NCBI GenBank assembly: GCA_035625615.1
Contig: DASPPI010000056.1
Span: 2,208 to 66,207, forward strand
Origin: Steroidobacteraceae bacterium
GTDB lineage: Bacteria > Pseudomonadota > Gammaproteobacteria > Steroidobacterales > Steroidobacteraceae
DNA length: 64,000 bases
Direction of reading: 5' to 3'
This document shows positions 32,327 to 41,023 of the stretch, piece after piece; position 1 is the stretch's first letter, and each line of letters starts with the position of its first letter. The notes below the pieces were generated by a model. It did no database searches, had not been told where the DNA came from, and saw only the letters and a program-made list of their open reading frames with translations. Made by a program: the position numbers and the translations under genes.

Positions 32327-33072
32327 AGGAGCCCTTTCTTCTTCAGCTCGCCGACCAGCTCGGCGGCATCCTTGACCTTGATGCCCTTGTGCCGCTGCGG
32401 GGGCGGCTCGCAGCGAACCAGCTTGAGCTGCTGGCGCTGCTCGACGCCGAGGGCGCTGAGGGTGAGGGTGTCGAGCGGTTTCTTCTTGGCCTTCATGATG
32501 TCCGGCAGCTTCACGTAGCGCGGCTCGTTCAGGCGCAGGTCGGTGGTGACCACCGCCGGCAGATCGACCTCGAGCGTCTCGAGCCCCGCATCCACCTCGC
32601 GCGTCACGCGGGCGCTCGCGCCGCTCAGCTCGACCTTGGAGGCGTAGGTGGCCTGCGGCCGGCTCCACAGCGCCGCGAGCATCTGCCCGGTCTGACCGTT
32701 ATCGTCATCGATCGCCTGCTTGCCGAGGATCACCAGCAGCGGCTGCTCGCGCTCGATCAGCTTCAGCAGGGCGCGTGCCACCACCAGCGGCTCGATGATC
32801 CCCTCGGCCTGCACCAGCAGCGCCCGGTCGGCTCCCATGGCGAGGGCCGTGCGCAGCTGCTGCTGGCAGTCGGCCGGCCCCACAGTGGCCACCACGACTT
32901 CTTCGGCACCGCCGCGCTCCTTGATGCGCAGCGCCTCCTCCAGCGCGATCTCATCGAAGGGATTGAGGCTCATCTTCACCCCGTCGGTGATGACGCCGCT
33001 GCCGTCGGGCTTGACCCGGATGCGCACGTTGTAGTCCACGACGCGCTTGATGCCGACCAGAATGCGCTTCAT
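32323..33072 (-). CDS. etfB: Electron transfer flavoprotein beta subunit
   Basis: MKRILVGIKRVVDYNVRIRVKPDG...LNPFDEIALEEALR; the product is 249 aa. Confidence 0.85.
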   Translation of the reverse strand: MKRILVGIKRVVDYNVRIRVKPDGSGVITDGVKMSLNPFDEIALEEALRIKERGGAEEVVVATVGPADCQQQLRTALAMGADRALLVQAEGIIEPLVVARALLKLIEREQPLLVILGKQAIDDDNGQTGQMLAALWSRPQATYASKVELSGASARVTREVDAGLETLEVDLPAVVTTDLRLNEPRYVKLPDIMKAKKKPLDTLTLSALGVEQRQQLKLVRCEPPPQRHKGIKVKDAAELVGELKKKGLL

Positions 33073-33240
33073 GCCGCTTGGCTCGTGACAGTCGCCCGCG
33101 AGGGGCGGGAGGCGCAGTATAGCGGCAGGGGGCTCGGGCCGTGTTGACGGGACGTGCCGCGGCGTTGACGAATTGCGCAGCGGCTCCCTGAGGCACGCCG
33201 CGAAGCAGCGCTTGCTGCGACAGATGAGCACGCCTCGCCC

Positions 33241-33353
33241 AACAAGACGCGCAATTTCCCGGGGACCCCGCTAAGACACCCCGCAAAATTGCGCTTATCG
33301 CGACCGGCAAGCGCACCCCGCTCAACAAGACGCGCAATTTCGCGGGGACCCCG
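33241..33353. repeat. Two direct copies of a 30-bp element (29/30 identical) flanking an inverted partial copy
   Basis: AACAAGACGCGCAATTTC[C/G]CGGGGACCCCG occurs at 33241-33270 and 33324-33353. The inverted core CCCCGCAAAATTGCGC is at 33279-33294, and a further AATTGCGC is at 33171-33178. Confidence 0.85.
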
Positions 33354-33367
33354 TTAGAGTCGCGCGC

Positions 33368-34291
33368 ATGCTGAAGCTCGCGCTGCGCCGCATCGCCGGC
33401 ATCATTCCCACTCTGTTGGTCATCGTCACGGTCTCGTTCGCCGTCATCCGCCTGGCGCCCGGCGGGCCCTTCGATCAGGAGCAGCAGCTCAGCGCCCCGG
33501 TGCGGGCCAATCTCGAACGCCTCTACGGTCTCGATCGGCCCTGGAGCGTGCAGTACGCGCGCTATCTCGCGGCCCTGCTGCATGGGGATTTCGGGCCGTC
33601 GCTGCGGCAGCGCGACTTCACGGTCAGCGAGCTCATCCAGCAGGGGTTGCCGCTGAGTGCGACGCTCGGCCTCGGTGCGATCGCCGTGGCGATACTCAGC
33701 GGCATTCCCGCGGGTGTGCTGGCGGCGCTGTCCCGCTCGCCGCGCGCGGATTTCAGCCTCGCGGCGCTCACGGCGCTCGGGATCGCGCTGCCGAGCTTCG
33801 TGATCGGCCCGCTGCTCGCGCTGGTGTTCGGCCTGCGGCTGCACTGGCTGCCGGTCGGCGGCTGGGTGGCGGGCTCGCCGCGCTATCTGGTGCTACCGGT
33901 GCTGACACTGGCGCTGCCGGTGGCCGCGTACCTGGCGCGCCTGACGCGCGCCAGCCTCCTCGAGGTGCTGCGCGCGCCGTTCGTGCGCAGCGCCCGGGCC
34001 CGCGGGCTCGGCGCGCTGCGCGTGCTCTGGCGTCATGCCTTGCCGCCGGCGTTGCTGCCAGTCGTGAGCTACCTCGGTCCCGCGGTGGCCTTCGTCGTAA
34101 CCGGCTCGCTGGTCGTCGAGTCCGTGTTTGGTCTGCCGGGGAGCGGGCGCTACCTGGTGCAGGGCGCGATCGATCGCGATTATCCGCTCGTCATGGGGAT
34201 GGTCATCGTCTACGGCACCCTGACGCTGCTGCTCAATCTGCTCGCCGACCTTGCCGTTGGATGGCTTGAGCCGGGCGTTCGCCATGAGTGA
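33368..34291 (+). CDS. yejB: Peptide/opine-type ABC transporter permease (YejB/OppB-like)
   Basis: The N-terminus MLKLALRRIAGIIPTLLVIVTVSFAVIRLAPGGPF is typical of the OppB/DppB family; the product is 307 aa. Confidence 0.75.
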   Translation: MLKLALRRIAGIIPTLLVIVTVSFAVIRLAPGGPFDQEQQLSAPVRANLERLYGLDRPWSVQYARYLAALLHGDFGPSLRQRDFTVSELIQQGLPLSATLGLGAIAVAILSGIPAGVLAALSRSPRADFSLAALTALGIALPSFVIGPLLALVFGLRLHWLPVGGWVAGSPRYLVLPVLTLALPVAAYLARLTRASLLEVLRAPFVRSARARGLGALRVLWRHALPPALLPVVSYLGPAVAFVVTGSLVVESVFGLPGSGRYLVQGAIDRDYPLVMGMVIVYGTLTLLLNLLADLAVGWLEPGVRHE

Positions 34292-35156
34292 GGCCGATGC
34301 CGGCCTGAAGCACGGCCTGTGGAGCGTCGCGGGGCGGCGGCTGGCGGCCAACCCCCTGGCCTGCGGGGCGCTGGCCGTGATCGCAGCGGTGACGGCGCTT
34401 GCGCTGCTGGCACCGGCGCTGAGTCCCTGGGCCTACGACAGCCTCGACTGGCGCCACCTCGCGCAGCCGCCCGGGCCGACGGCGGCGCACTGGTTCGGCA
34501 CCGACCGGCTGGGGCGCGATCTGTTCGTGCGCACGCTCTACGGCGTGCGTTTGTCGCTCCTCATCAGCGTGCTGGCGAGCGCGGTGAGTCTGGTCATCGG
34601 CGTGCTGTGGGGCGCTGCGGCGGGTCTGGCCGGCGGACGCACCGACGGCTGGATGATGCGCCTGGTGGACGTACTCTATTCGCTGCCGTACCTGTTCGTG
34701 GTCATCATCCTGACGACGCTGTTTCCGCGTGGGAGCCTCGCGGTGCTGCTGCTAGCGCTCGGGGCGGTGGGCTGGCTGACGACCGCGCGCATCGTGCGCG
34801 CCCAGACACTGGCGCTGAAGCGACGCGAGTTCATCGAGGCTGCTCGCGCCCTTGGGGTCGCACCGGGCGCGATCCTGTTGCGGCACGTGGTCCCGAACGT
34901 GCTCGGTCCGGTGCTGGTGTACGCCACACTCGTTGTCCCGCAGATGATCACGTTCGAAAGCTTCCTCTCGTTCCTCGGCCTGGGCGTGCAGGAGCCGCAG
35001 GCGAGTCTCGGCAATCTGATCTATGGCGGCGCACAGGAAATGGAATCCGCCCCCTGGATGCTGCTGGTGCCGGCGGGCTTCTTGGTGGCGCTGCTGCTGT
35101 GCCTCAACCTGCTGGGCGACGGGCTGCGCGATGCCTTCGACCCCCGCGAGCGCTGA
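34284..35156 (+). CDS. yejE: Peptide-type ABC transporter permease (YejE/OppC-like)
   Basis: It has a BPD_transp_1-type core (EAARALGVAPGAILLRHVVPNVLGP). Its ATG overlaps the yejB stop. Confidence 0.75.
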   Translation: MSEADAGLKHGLWSVAGRRLAANPLACGALAVIAAVTALALLAPALSPWAYDSLDWRHLAQPPGPTAAHWFGTDRLGRDLFVRTLYGVRLSLLISVLASAVSLVIGVLWGAAAGLAGGRTDGWMMRLVDVLYSLPYLFVVIILTTLFPRGSLAVLLLALGAVGWLTTARIVRAQTLALKRREFIEAARALGVAPGAILLRHVVPNVLGPVLVYATLVVPQMITFESFLSFLGLGVQEPQASLGNLIYGGAQEMESAPWMLLVPAGFLVALLLCLNLLGDGLRDAFDPRER

Positions 35157-36966
35157 CACCGCCTCCGCCGCGGCGTCCGCGGTGCTGACGCTCACCGGCC
35201 TCGGCGTCAGCTTCGACACGCCCGCCGGCACCGTGACCGCCGCCGAGGACGTCACGCTGTCGGTCGCGCGCGGGGAATGCCTCGGGGTGGTGGGCGAATC
35301 GGGCGCCGGCAAAAGCCAGGTATTCCTCGCGGTGCTGGGCCTGCTGGCCGCGAACGGCCGGGCGCTGGGGAGCGCGCGCTTCGGCGGCGCGGAGTTGCTG
35401 CAGCTTCCCCCGGCCGCGCTCGACCGGCTGCGCGGGGCAGGCCTCGGCATGGTGTTCCAGGATCCGATGAGTGCCCTCACCCCACACCTGAGCATCGGGC
35501 AGCAGCTGGTGGAGGTGGTGCGGCGGCGCACGCGCGTCTCCCGGGCGGAGGCAAGCGAGCGCTCGCTCGCGCTGCTCAACCGCGTGCACGTGAGCGATGC
35601 GCAGCGACGCCTGCGGCAATATCCGCACGAGCTTTCCGGGGGCATGCGCCAGCGCGTACTGATCGCACTGGCACTCGCCAGCCGACCGCAGCTGCTCATC
35701 GCCGATGAGCCCACCACTGCGCTCGACGCCACCATTCAGGCGCAGATCCTGGCGTTGCTCGCCGAGTTGCGGCGCGCGCACGGCATGGCGATGGTGCTGA
35801 TCAGCCATGACCTTGCAGCTGTGGCGGGCGTGGCCGATCGGGTGGCGGTCATGCAGCGCGGCCGGCTGATCGAGACCGGGACCACTGCCGCGGTGCTTAA
35901 GTCTCCGCGCGAGCCGTACACGCGCACGCTGGTGCAGCAGGCCGCCGGCCTGCTGGAGGGATCGGCGGCGCCGCCGCGCACGCACACCACGGTGGCACTC
36001 GCGCTCACCGAGCTCGGTGTGGACTACCCGGTCGGGCAGGGAGTCTGGCGCGCGCGCGGCCGGCTCGCGGCGCTGCGGGGGGTCAGCTTGGTCGTGCAGC
36101 TGGGCGAGTCGCTCGGCATCGTGGGCGAGTCCGGCTGCGGCAAATCGACGCTGGCCCGCGCGGCGCTGCAGCTGCTGCGCGCCTCGAGCGGGCGGGTGGT
36201 GTGGATGGGGCGCGCGCTCGGTGAGCTGCCGGCAGGTGAGCTGCGCTCCCTGCGCCGCGAGCTGCAGATCGTGTTCCAGGATCCGCCCGGCAGCCTCGAC
36301 CCGCGCATGAGCGTCGGCGAGCTCCTGGCAGAGCCGCTGCGCGTGCACGAGCGTGCCCTCACACCGTCGGCGCGCGCCGCGGCCGTGGCGGCAGCGCTGG
36401 CGCGGGTGGCGCTCGCGCCCGAGTTGGCACGGCGTTACCCGCACGAGCTGAGCGGCGGGCAGTGCCAGCGCGTGGCGATTGCGCGCGCCCTGATCCTCAA
36501 GCCCCGGCTGCTGGTGTGCGATGAGCCGCTCAGCGCACTCGACGTGCCGACCCAGCTGCAGATCGTCACCCTGCTCGCGCAGCTGCAGCAGGCGGGCGGC
36601 ATGGCGCTGCTCTTCATCAGTCACAATCTCGCGCTGGTGAAGCGCCTGTGCGAGCGCGTGCTGGTGCTGTATCTCGGGCGCATGATGGAGCTCGCGCCCA
36701 CGCAGGCACTGTACGCGGCTCCCCGGCATCCCTACAGTCGTGAGCTTCTCGCCGCCATTCCGAGTATCGATCCGGACATCCAGCCCGCACGCCTCGCGCG
36801 CGTCCTGAGCGGCGAGCCGCCGTCGCCCCTGGCGCCGCCGAGCGGCTGCGTCTACCGCACTCGCTGCCCGCATGCCGCGCCGGCGTGTGAGCAACGCGTG
36901 CCCGCGTGGGAGGAGGCCGGTGCGGGACGGCAGGTGGCATGCCATCGCTGGCGCGAGCTCGCCTGA
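35131..36966 (+). CDS. yejF: Fused double ATPase of a peptide-type ABC transporter (YejF-like)
   Basis: It has two Walker A sites (GESGAGKS, GESGCGKS) and two LSGG signatures (LSGGMRQR, LSGGQCQR). The start is uncertain between ATG 35131 and GTG 35182. Confidence 0.8.
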   Translation: MPSTPASADTASAAASAVLTLTGLGVSFDTPAGTVTAAEDVTLSVARGECLGVVGESGAGKSQVFLAVLGLLAANGRALGSARFGGAELLQLPPAALDRLRGAGLGMVFQDPMSALTPHLSIGQQLVEVVRRRTRVSRAEASERSLALLNRVHVSDAQRRLRQYPHELSGGMRQRVLIALALASRPQLLIADEPTTALDATIQAQILALLAELRRAHGMAMVLISHDLAAVAGVADRVAVMQRGRLIETGTTAAVLKSPREPYTRTLVQQAAGLLEGSAAPPRTHTTVALALTELGVDYPVGQGVWRARGRLAALRGVSLVVQLGESLGIVGESGCGKSTLARAALQLLRASSGRVVWMGRALGELPAGELRSLRRELQIVFQDPPGSLDPRMSVGELLAEPLRVHERALTPSARAAAVAAALARVALAPELARRYPHELSGGQCQRVAIARALILKPRLLVCDEPLSALDVPTQLQIVTLLAQLQQAGGMALLFISHNLALVKRLCERVLVLYLGRMMELAPTQALYAAPRHPYSRELLAAIPSIDPDIQPARLARVLSGEPPSPLAPPSGCVYRTRCPHAAPACEQRVPAWEEAGAGRQVACHRWRELA

Positions 36967-37031
36967 CGGCGGCATCACAGTTCCCGCCGCGGCGGTCGAG
37001 CCGGGCGCGCCACTTGAGCTATTCTTGCCCG

Positions 37032-38324
37032 ATGCAGACCGCGCCTAGCGTTCGCCCCAGCGAGGGCCTGAAGCACGTGCGTTACGAGATCCGCGGGCGC
37101 CTCGCGCGGCGGGCGCACGAGCTCGAGCGCCAGGGCTACGAGATCGTCTCGCTCAACATCGGCAATCCGCGCGCCTTCGGGCTGCGCACGCCCGAGACCA
37201 TGCGGCTCGCCATGATCGAGAACCTGGCCGACGCCGAGGGCTACTGCCATCAGAAGGGCATCTTCCCGGCGCGCGAAGCGGTGGTCATGCAGCAGCAGGA
37301 GCGTGGCATCAGCGGCGTGACGGCCGAGGAGGTCTACATCGGCAACGGCGTGAGCGAGCTGATCGACCTCACATTGCGCGCGCTGCTCAACGACGGCGAC
37401 GAAGTGCTGGTGCCGAGCCCGGACTACCCGCTGTGGACCGCCGCGGTGACGCTCAATCGCGGCCGCGCGCTGCATTATCCCTGCCGGCCCGAGAACGCCT
37501 TCGTGCCCGACCCGCAGGAAGTCGCGGCCCTCGTCACGCCGCGCACCCGCGCCATGGTCATCATCAATCCTAACAATCCCACCGGCGCGGTTTATCCGCG
37601 ACCGGTGCTCGAGGCGCTCGCCGCACTGGCCGAGCGCCGGGGCCTGGTCGTGTTCAGCGACGAGATCTACGACCAGATGACTTACGACGGCGCGCAGTTC
37701 GTGCCCATGGCCACGCTGGTGCATGACACCCTGTGCGCGACGCTGGCGGGGCTGTCGAAGGTCTATCGCGCCTGCGGCTACCGCGTCGGCTGGGCGGTAT
37801 TCTCGGGACGCACGCATGCGGCGACCGAGTATCTGCAGGCCCTGGAGCTGCTCGCCTCGCTGCGCCTCTGCAGCAACGTGACGGCGCAGTGGGCAGTCCA
37901 GACCGCGCTCGGCGGCCACCAAAGCATCGCCGAGCTGGTGTCCGCCGGCGGGCGGCTGTACGAATCGCGCGCCGCGATTGTCGCGGCCGTGCAGCGCAGC
38001 CGCTTTCTCACGCTGGCGCCGCCCGCGGGGGCGATGTACGCCTTCGTCGGCGTCGATCCGCGCACGCTCCCCGATTTCGACGATCAGCAATTCGCCCTCG
38101 AGCTGCTCGAGCAGAAGCACGTGCTGATCGCGCCGGGCGTCAGTTTCAACGTGCCCTACAGCAATCACTTCCGCATCACCAACCTTCCGGACGCGGCGAC
38201 GCTGCGCGAGGTGTTCGTGCGCATCGAGGAGCTGCTCGGCGCCTATGCCGCGGCCGGGCGCGCGGGCAGCCCCGGCGAGGCTGACGCGGGCAAGGTCGTG
38301 AGCGCCGCCGCACGGTTCAAGTGA
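37032..38324 (+). CDS. Class I/II PLP-dependent aminotransferase (AlaA-like)
   Basis: The pattern SLNIGNP...NPNNPTGAVY...LSKVYRACGYRVGW matches alanine/glutamate-pyruvate aminotransferases; the product is 430 aa. Confidence 0.75.
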   Translation: MQTAPSVRPSEGLKHVRYEIRGRLARRAHELERQGYEIVSLNIGNPRAFGLRTPETMRLAMIENLADAEGYCHQKGIFPAREAVVMQQQERGISGVTAEEVYIGNGVSELIDLTLRALLNDGDEVLVPSPDYPLWTAAVTLNRGRALHYPCRPENAFVPDPQEVAALVTPRTRAMVIINPNNPTGAVYPRPVLEALAALAERRGLVVFSDEIYDQMTYDGAQFVPMATLVHDTLCATLAGLSKVYRACGYRVGWAVFSGRTHAATEYLQALELLASLRLCSNVTAQWAVQTALGGHQSIAELVSAGGRLYESRAAIVAAVQRSRFLTLAPPAGAMYAFVGVDPRTLPDFDDQQFALELLEQKHVLIAPGVSFNVPYSNHFRITNLPDAATLREVFVRIEELLGAYAAAGRAGSPGEADAGKVVSAAARFK

Positions 38325-38353
38325 TTCCGCTAAAGAGCCCGTAACATTCGGAT

Positions 38354-41023
38354 TTGTTTAATCTTCCAAGCGACCTAGACGCTCATCTCCGCGGCGGTGG
38401 GACGCTCATCGTTCCCAGCGAGCAGCGTCTGCGCGCCGTGAAGCTGGCGTACGCCGCAGCGCAGCTCGAGGGCAGCAGCCGCGTCTGGGCGAGCCCACAG
38501 GTGCTGACGCCGCTGACCTGGGCGCGCCGCGAGGTCGAGCGGCGCGCCGAGGCCGCCCCGCTCGAGTGGCCGCGCATTCTGACCGCCACCGAGGAATGGC
38601 TGCTGTGGCGGCAGGCCGCGCGCGAGGCCGCGCACGGGCTGCCGCTTCTCGATGCCGGCGCGCTGGGCGAGTCCCTGCAGCACTCGAGCGAGCGCGCCGC
38701 CGAATGGGGCGTGCCGATCCGCCCAGGCCGTGCCGGGAGCGAGGCGCAGCTGCTGTTCGAAGCGCAGCGCCTGGTCGAGTCGCGCTGCCGGGCACAGCAC
38801 GCCGCCCGCGTGAGCGCGCTCATCGCTCGCCTCGGCCCGATCGCCGCGCCGCCGCTGTGGCGCGGCTTCGCCCGGCTGCCGCCGGCATTTGCGCGTTTCG
38901 CCGACGCCCGCGCGCCCGCCGCCGAGCCCACTCCGGCCGCGGGGCCGCGAGCCGTCCGCACGCACAATGCGACCTCGCAGCTCGAGGCGATTGCGATGTG
39001 GTGCCACGAGCGACTCAGCCGCCAGCCCGACGCGCGGCTCTTCATCATGCTCCCCGGCGCCGCAGGCGAGCGCGAGCGCCTGGCCGCGCTCATCCGCTCG
39101 AGCCTCGATCCCGGCGCGGTGCTTCGCGATGGCGCGCCGGCGCCGCGGCTCGCCGGCATCGAGGGCGGTGCGCCGCTCGCCGCTCTCGCGCTGCCGTCGC
39201 AGGCACTGCTCGCTCTCACGGTGCTCGCCGGGAGCGGGATTGACCTGCAGTCGGTCAGCGGCTGGCTGACAGCCCCTTTCTGGAACACCCCGCGGCCGGG
39301 TGCGCGGGCCGTGCTCGCGCAGCTGCTGCGGGAAGGCGGTCCGGCGCGGGTGAGCTTGCGGGAGCTCCTCGGGGCGCTGCAGCTCGCGCCCGGGCAGCTC
39401 AGGTCCGCGGCCCGGGAGCTCGATACGCAGCTGCGCCGCGCGGCCGGACAACTCGGCGAGGGCAGCGCCACGCCGCGGCGCTGGTCGGAGCGCTTCCGCG
39501 CGGCGCTGGCGGCGCTCGGCTGGCCGGGTTTGCTGCCGGCCGACAGCGCCGTTCATCAGACCCATGTGCACTGGGTGAGACTGCTCGAGGAATTCGGCGA
39601 GCTCGCGGGCAGCCTCGGGACGCTCGGCCGTGAGGACGCGCTGACCCTGCTGCGGGCGCTCGCGCAGCGAACCCGCTACGGTCCGCCGGACGAAGATGCG
39701 CCGGTGACGATCGCGCCGCTGCTGGCCGATCCCGTGGTGCGTTACGACGGCATCTGGGTCGGACATCTGAGCGCCGACGTGCTGCCGCAGCCGGTGGCGC
39801 CCAACCCGTTTCTGCCGCATGTGGCGCAGATCGAGGCCGGAATGCCGGAGGCCAGCAGCGCCGGCCGCCGCGCCGAGGCACAGGCGTTGCTCGCGGCGTG
39901 GCGCGCGGCGGCGGGGGAGCTGACGCTCTCCGTTCCGGAGCGCGAGCAGGATCTCGAGCTCCTGCCGAGCCCGCATCTCGCGGGCGTCGCGCTTCACGAC
40001 GAGCGGCCGCCGACTGCGTGGCTGGCAGTGCGCCTGCGGCGGCCGGGCTGCACCGAGACGATTGCGGACACGACCGGCACGCCGTTCAACCCGCTCACCC
40101 CGCTTCCCTCCGGAACACGGTCGCTGACGCTGCAGAATGCCTGCGCCTTCCGCGCCTACGCGGAACTGCGTCTCGGCGCCGCGCCCCCGGAATCGGCCGA
40201 GCCCGGGGTCGCGATGGACCAGCGGGGGCTCCTGCTGCACGCGGCCCTGCAGATGCTGTGGCAGCGCCTGTCCGGCTCACTATCACTCAGCGCGCTCGAT
40301 GAGCCCGGCCTCGATGCGGCGATCAGGGACTGTGTGCGCCAGGCGGCCGGGACGCTGCAGGTGGCGGCACGCGGCCGCCATCGGCGTCGCCGTATCGTCG
40401 AAGGGCAGTTCGACCTTTTCAGCGCGCTCTCGCCGGCGCTCGAGCGCGAGTGCCGCCGCGCCCAGGCGCTCATTCGGCGGCTGTGCGCGCTCGAGCGGAC
40501 CCGCGCTCCCTTCACCGTGGAAGCGACCGAAGAGCCGATGGAGCTGACGCTCGGGGGCGGGCGGGTGCGTATGCGGCTCGATCGCATCGACCGGGTGGCC
40601 GGCGGGCGCGCCGTGCTCGACTACAAGAGCGGCCGGCCCGGCAGCCCCGACTGGTACGGCGAGCGGCCGTCGCATCCGCAGCTGCTCGCCTATCTCACCG
40701 CGCTCGGCGGCGATGTCATGGCACTCGCGACCGTCAACCTGACGGCGCGCGAGGTGCGCTTCAAGGGAGTCGCGGCGACGGGTGACCTGCTGCCGAAGGT
40801 GCCGGCACTCTCGGGCGAGGCCGGCGCCGCCGCGAGCTGGAGCGTGCAGCAGGAGCGCTGGCGCGCGCTCATCGAGCGGCTCATCCGCGCCTTCCTTGCG
40901 GGCGAGGCGAGCGTCGACCCGGCGCCGGGAGCGTGCGATTACTGCCACCTCACCGATGTCTGCCGAATCGGTGCGCATCTCGCTCCCGAGGCAGTCACGC
41001 ACGCGGACGAAACCGATGAGTGA
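38354..41023 (+). CDS. PD-(D/E)XK nuclease family DNA-repair protein (AddB-like partner of the downstream helicase)
   Basis: 889 aa. The C-terminus carries a nuclease motif (RLDRIDRV...VLDYKSG) and a Cys cluster (CDYCHLTDVC). No Walker A motif was seen. The TTG start is uncertain. Confidence 0.65.
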   Translation: MFNLPSDLDAHLRGGGTLIVPSEQRLRAVKLAYAAAQLEGSSRVWASPQVLTPLTWARREVERRAEAAPLEWPRILTATEEWLLWRQAAREAAHGLPLLDAGALGESLQHSSERAAEWGVPIRPGRAGSEAQLLFEAQRLVESRCRAQHAARVSALIARLGPIAAPPLWRGFARLPPAFARFADARAPAAEPTPAAGPRAVRTHNATSQLEAIAMWCHERLSRQPDARLFIMLPGAAGERERLAALIRSSLDPGAVLRDGAPAPRLAGIEGGAPLAALALPSQALLALTVLAGSGIDLQSVSGWLTAPFWNTPRPGARAVLAQLLREGGPARVSLRELLGALQLAPGQLRSAARELDTQLRRAAGQLGEGSATPRRWSERFRAALAALGWPGLLPADSAVHQTHVHWVRLLEEFGELAGSLGTLGREDALTLLRALAQRTRYGPPDEDAPVTIAPLLADPVVRYDGIWVGHLSADVLPQPVAPNPFLPHVAQIEAGMPEASSAGRRAEAQALLAAWRAAAGELTLSVPEREQDLELLPSPHLAGVALHDERPPTAWLAVRLRRPGCTETIADTTGTPFNPLTPLPSGTRSLTLQNACAFRAYAELRLGAAPPESAEPGVAMDQRGLLLHAALQMLWQRLSGSLSLSALDEPGLDAAIRDCVRQAAGTLQVAARGRHRRRRIVEGQFDLFSALSPALERECRRAQALIRRLCALERTRAPFTVEATEEPMELTLGGGRVRMRLDRIDRVAGGRAVLDYKSGRPGSPDWYGERPSHPQLLAYLTALGGDVMALATVNLTAREVRFKGVAATGDLLPKVPALSGEAGAAASWSVQQERWRALIERLIRAFLAGEASVDPAPGACDYCHLTDVCRIGAHLAPEAVTHADETDE

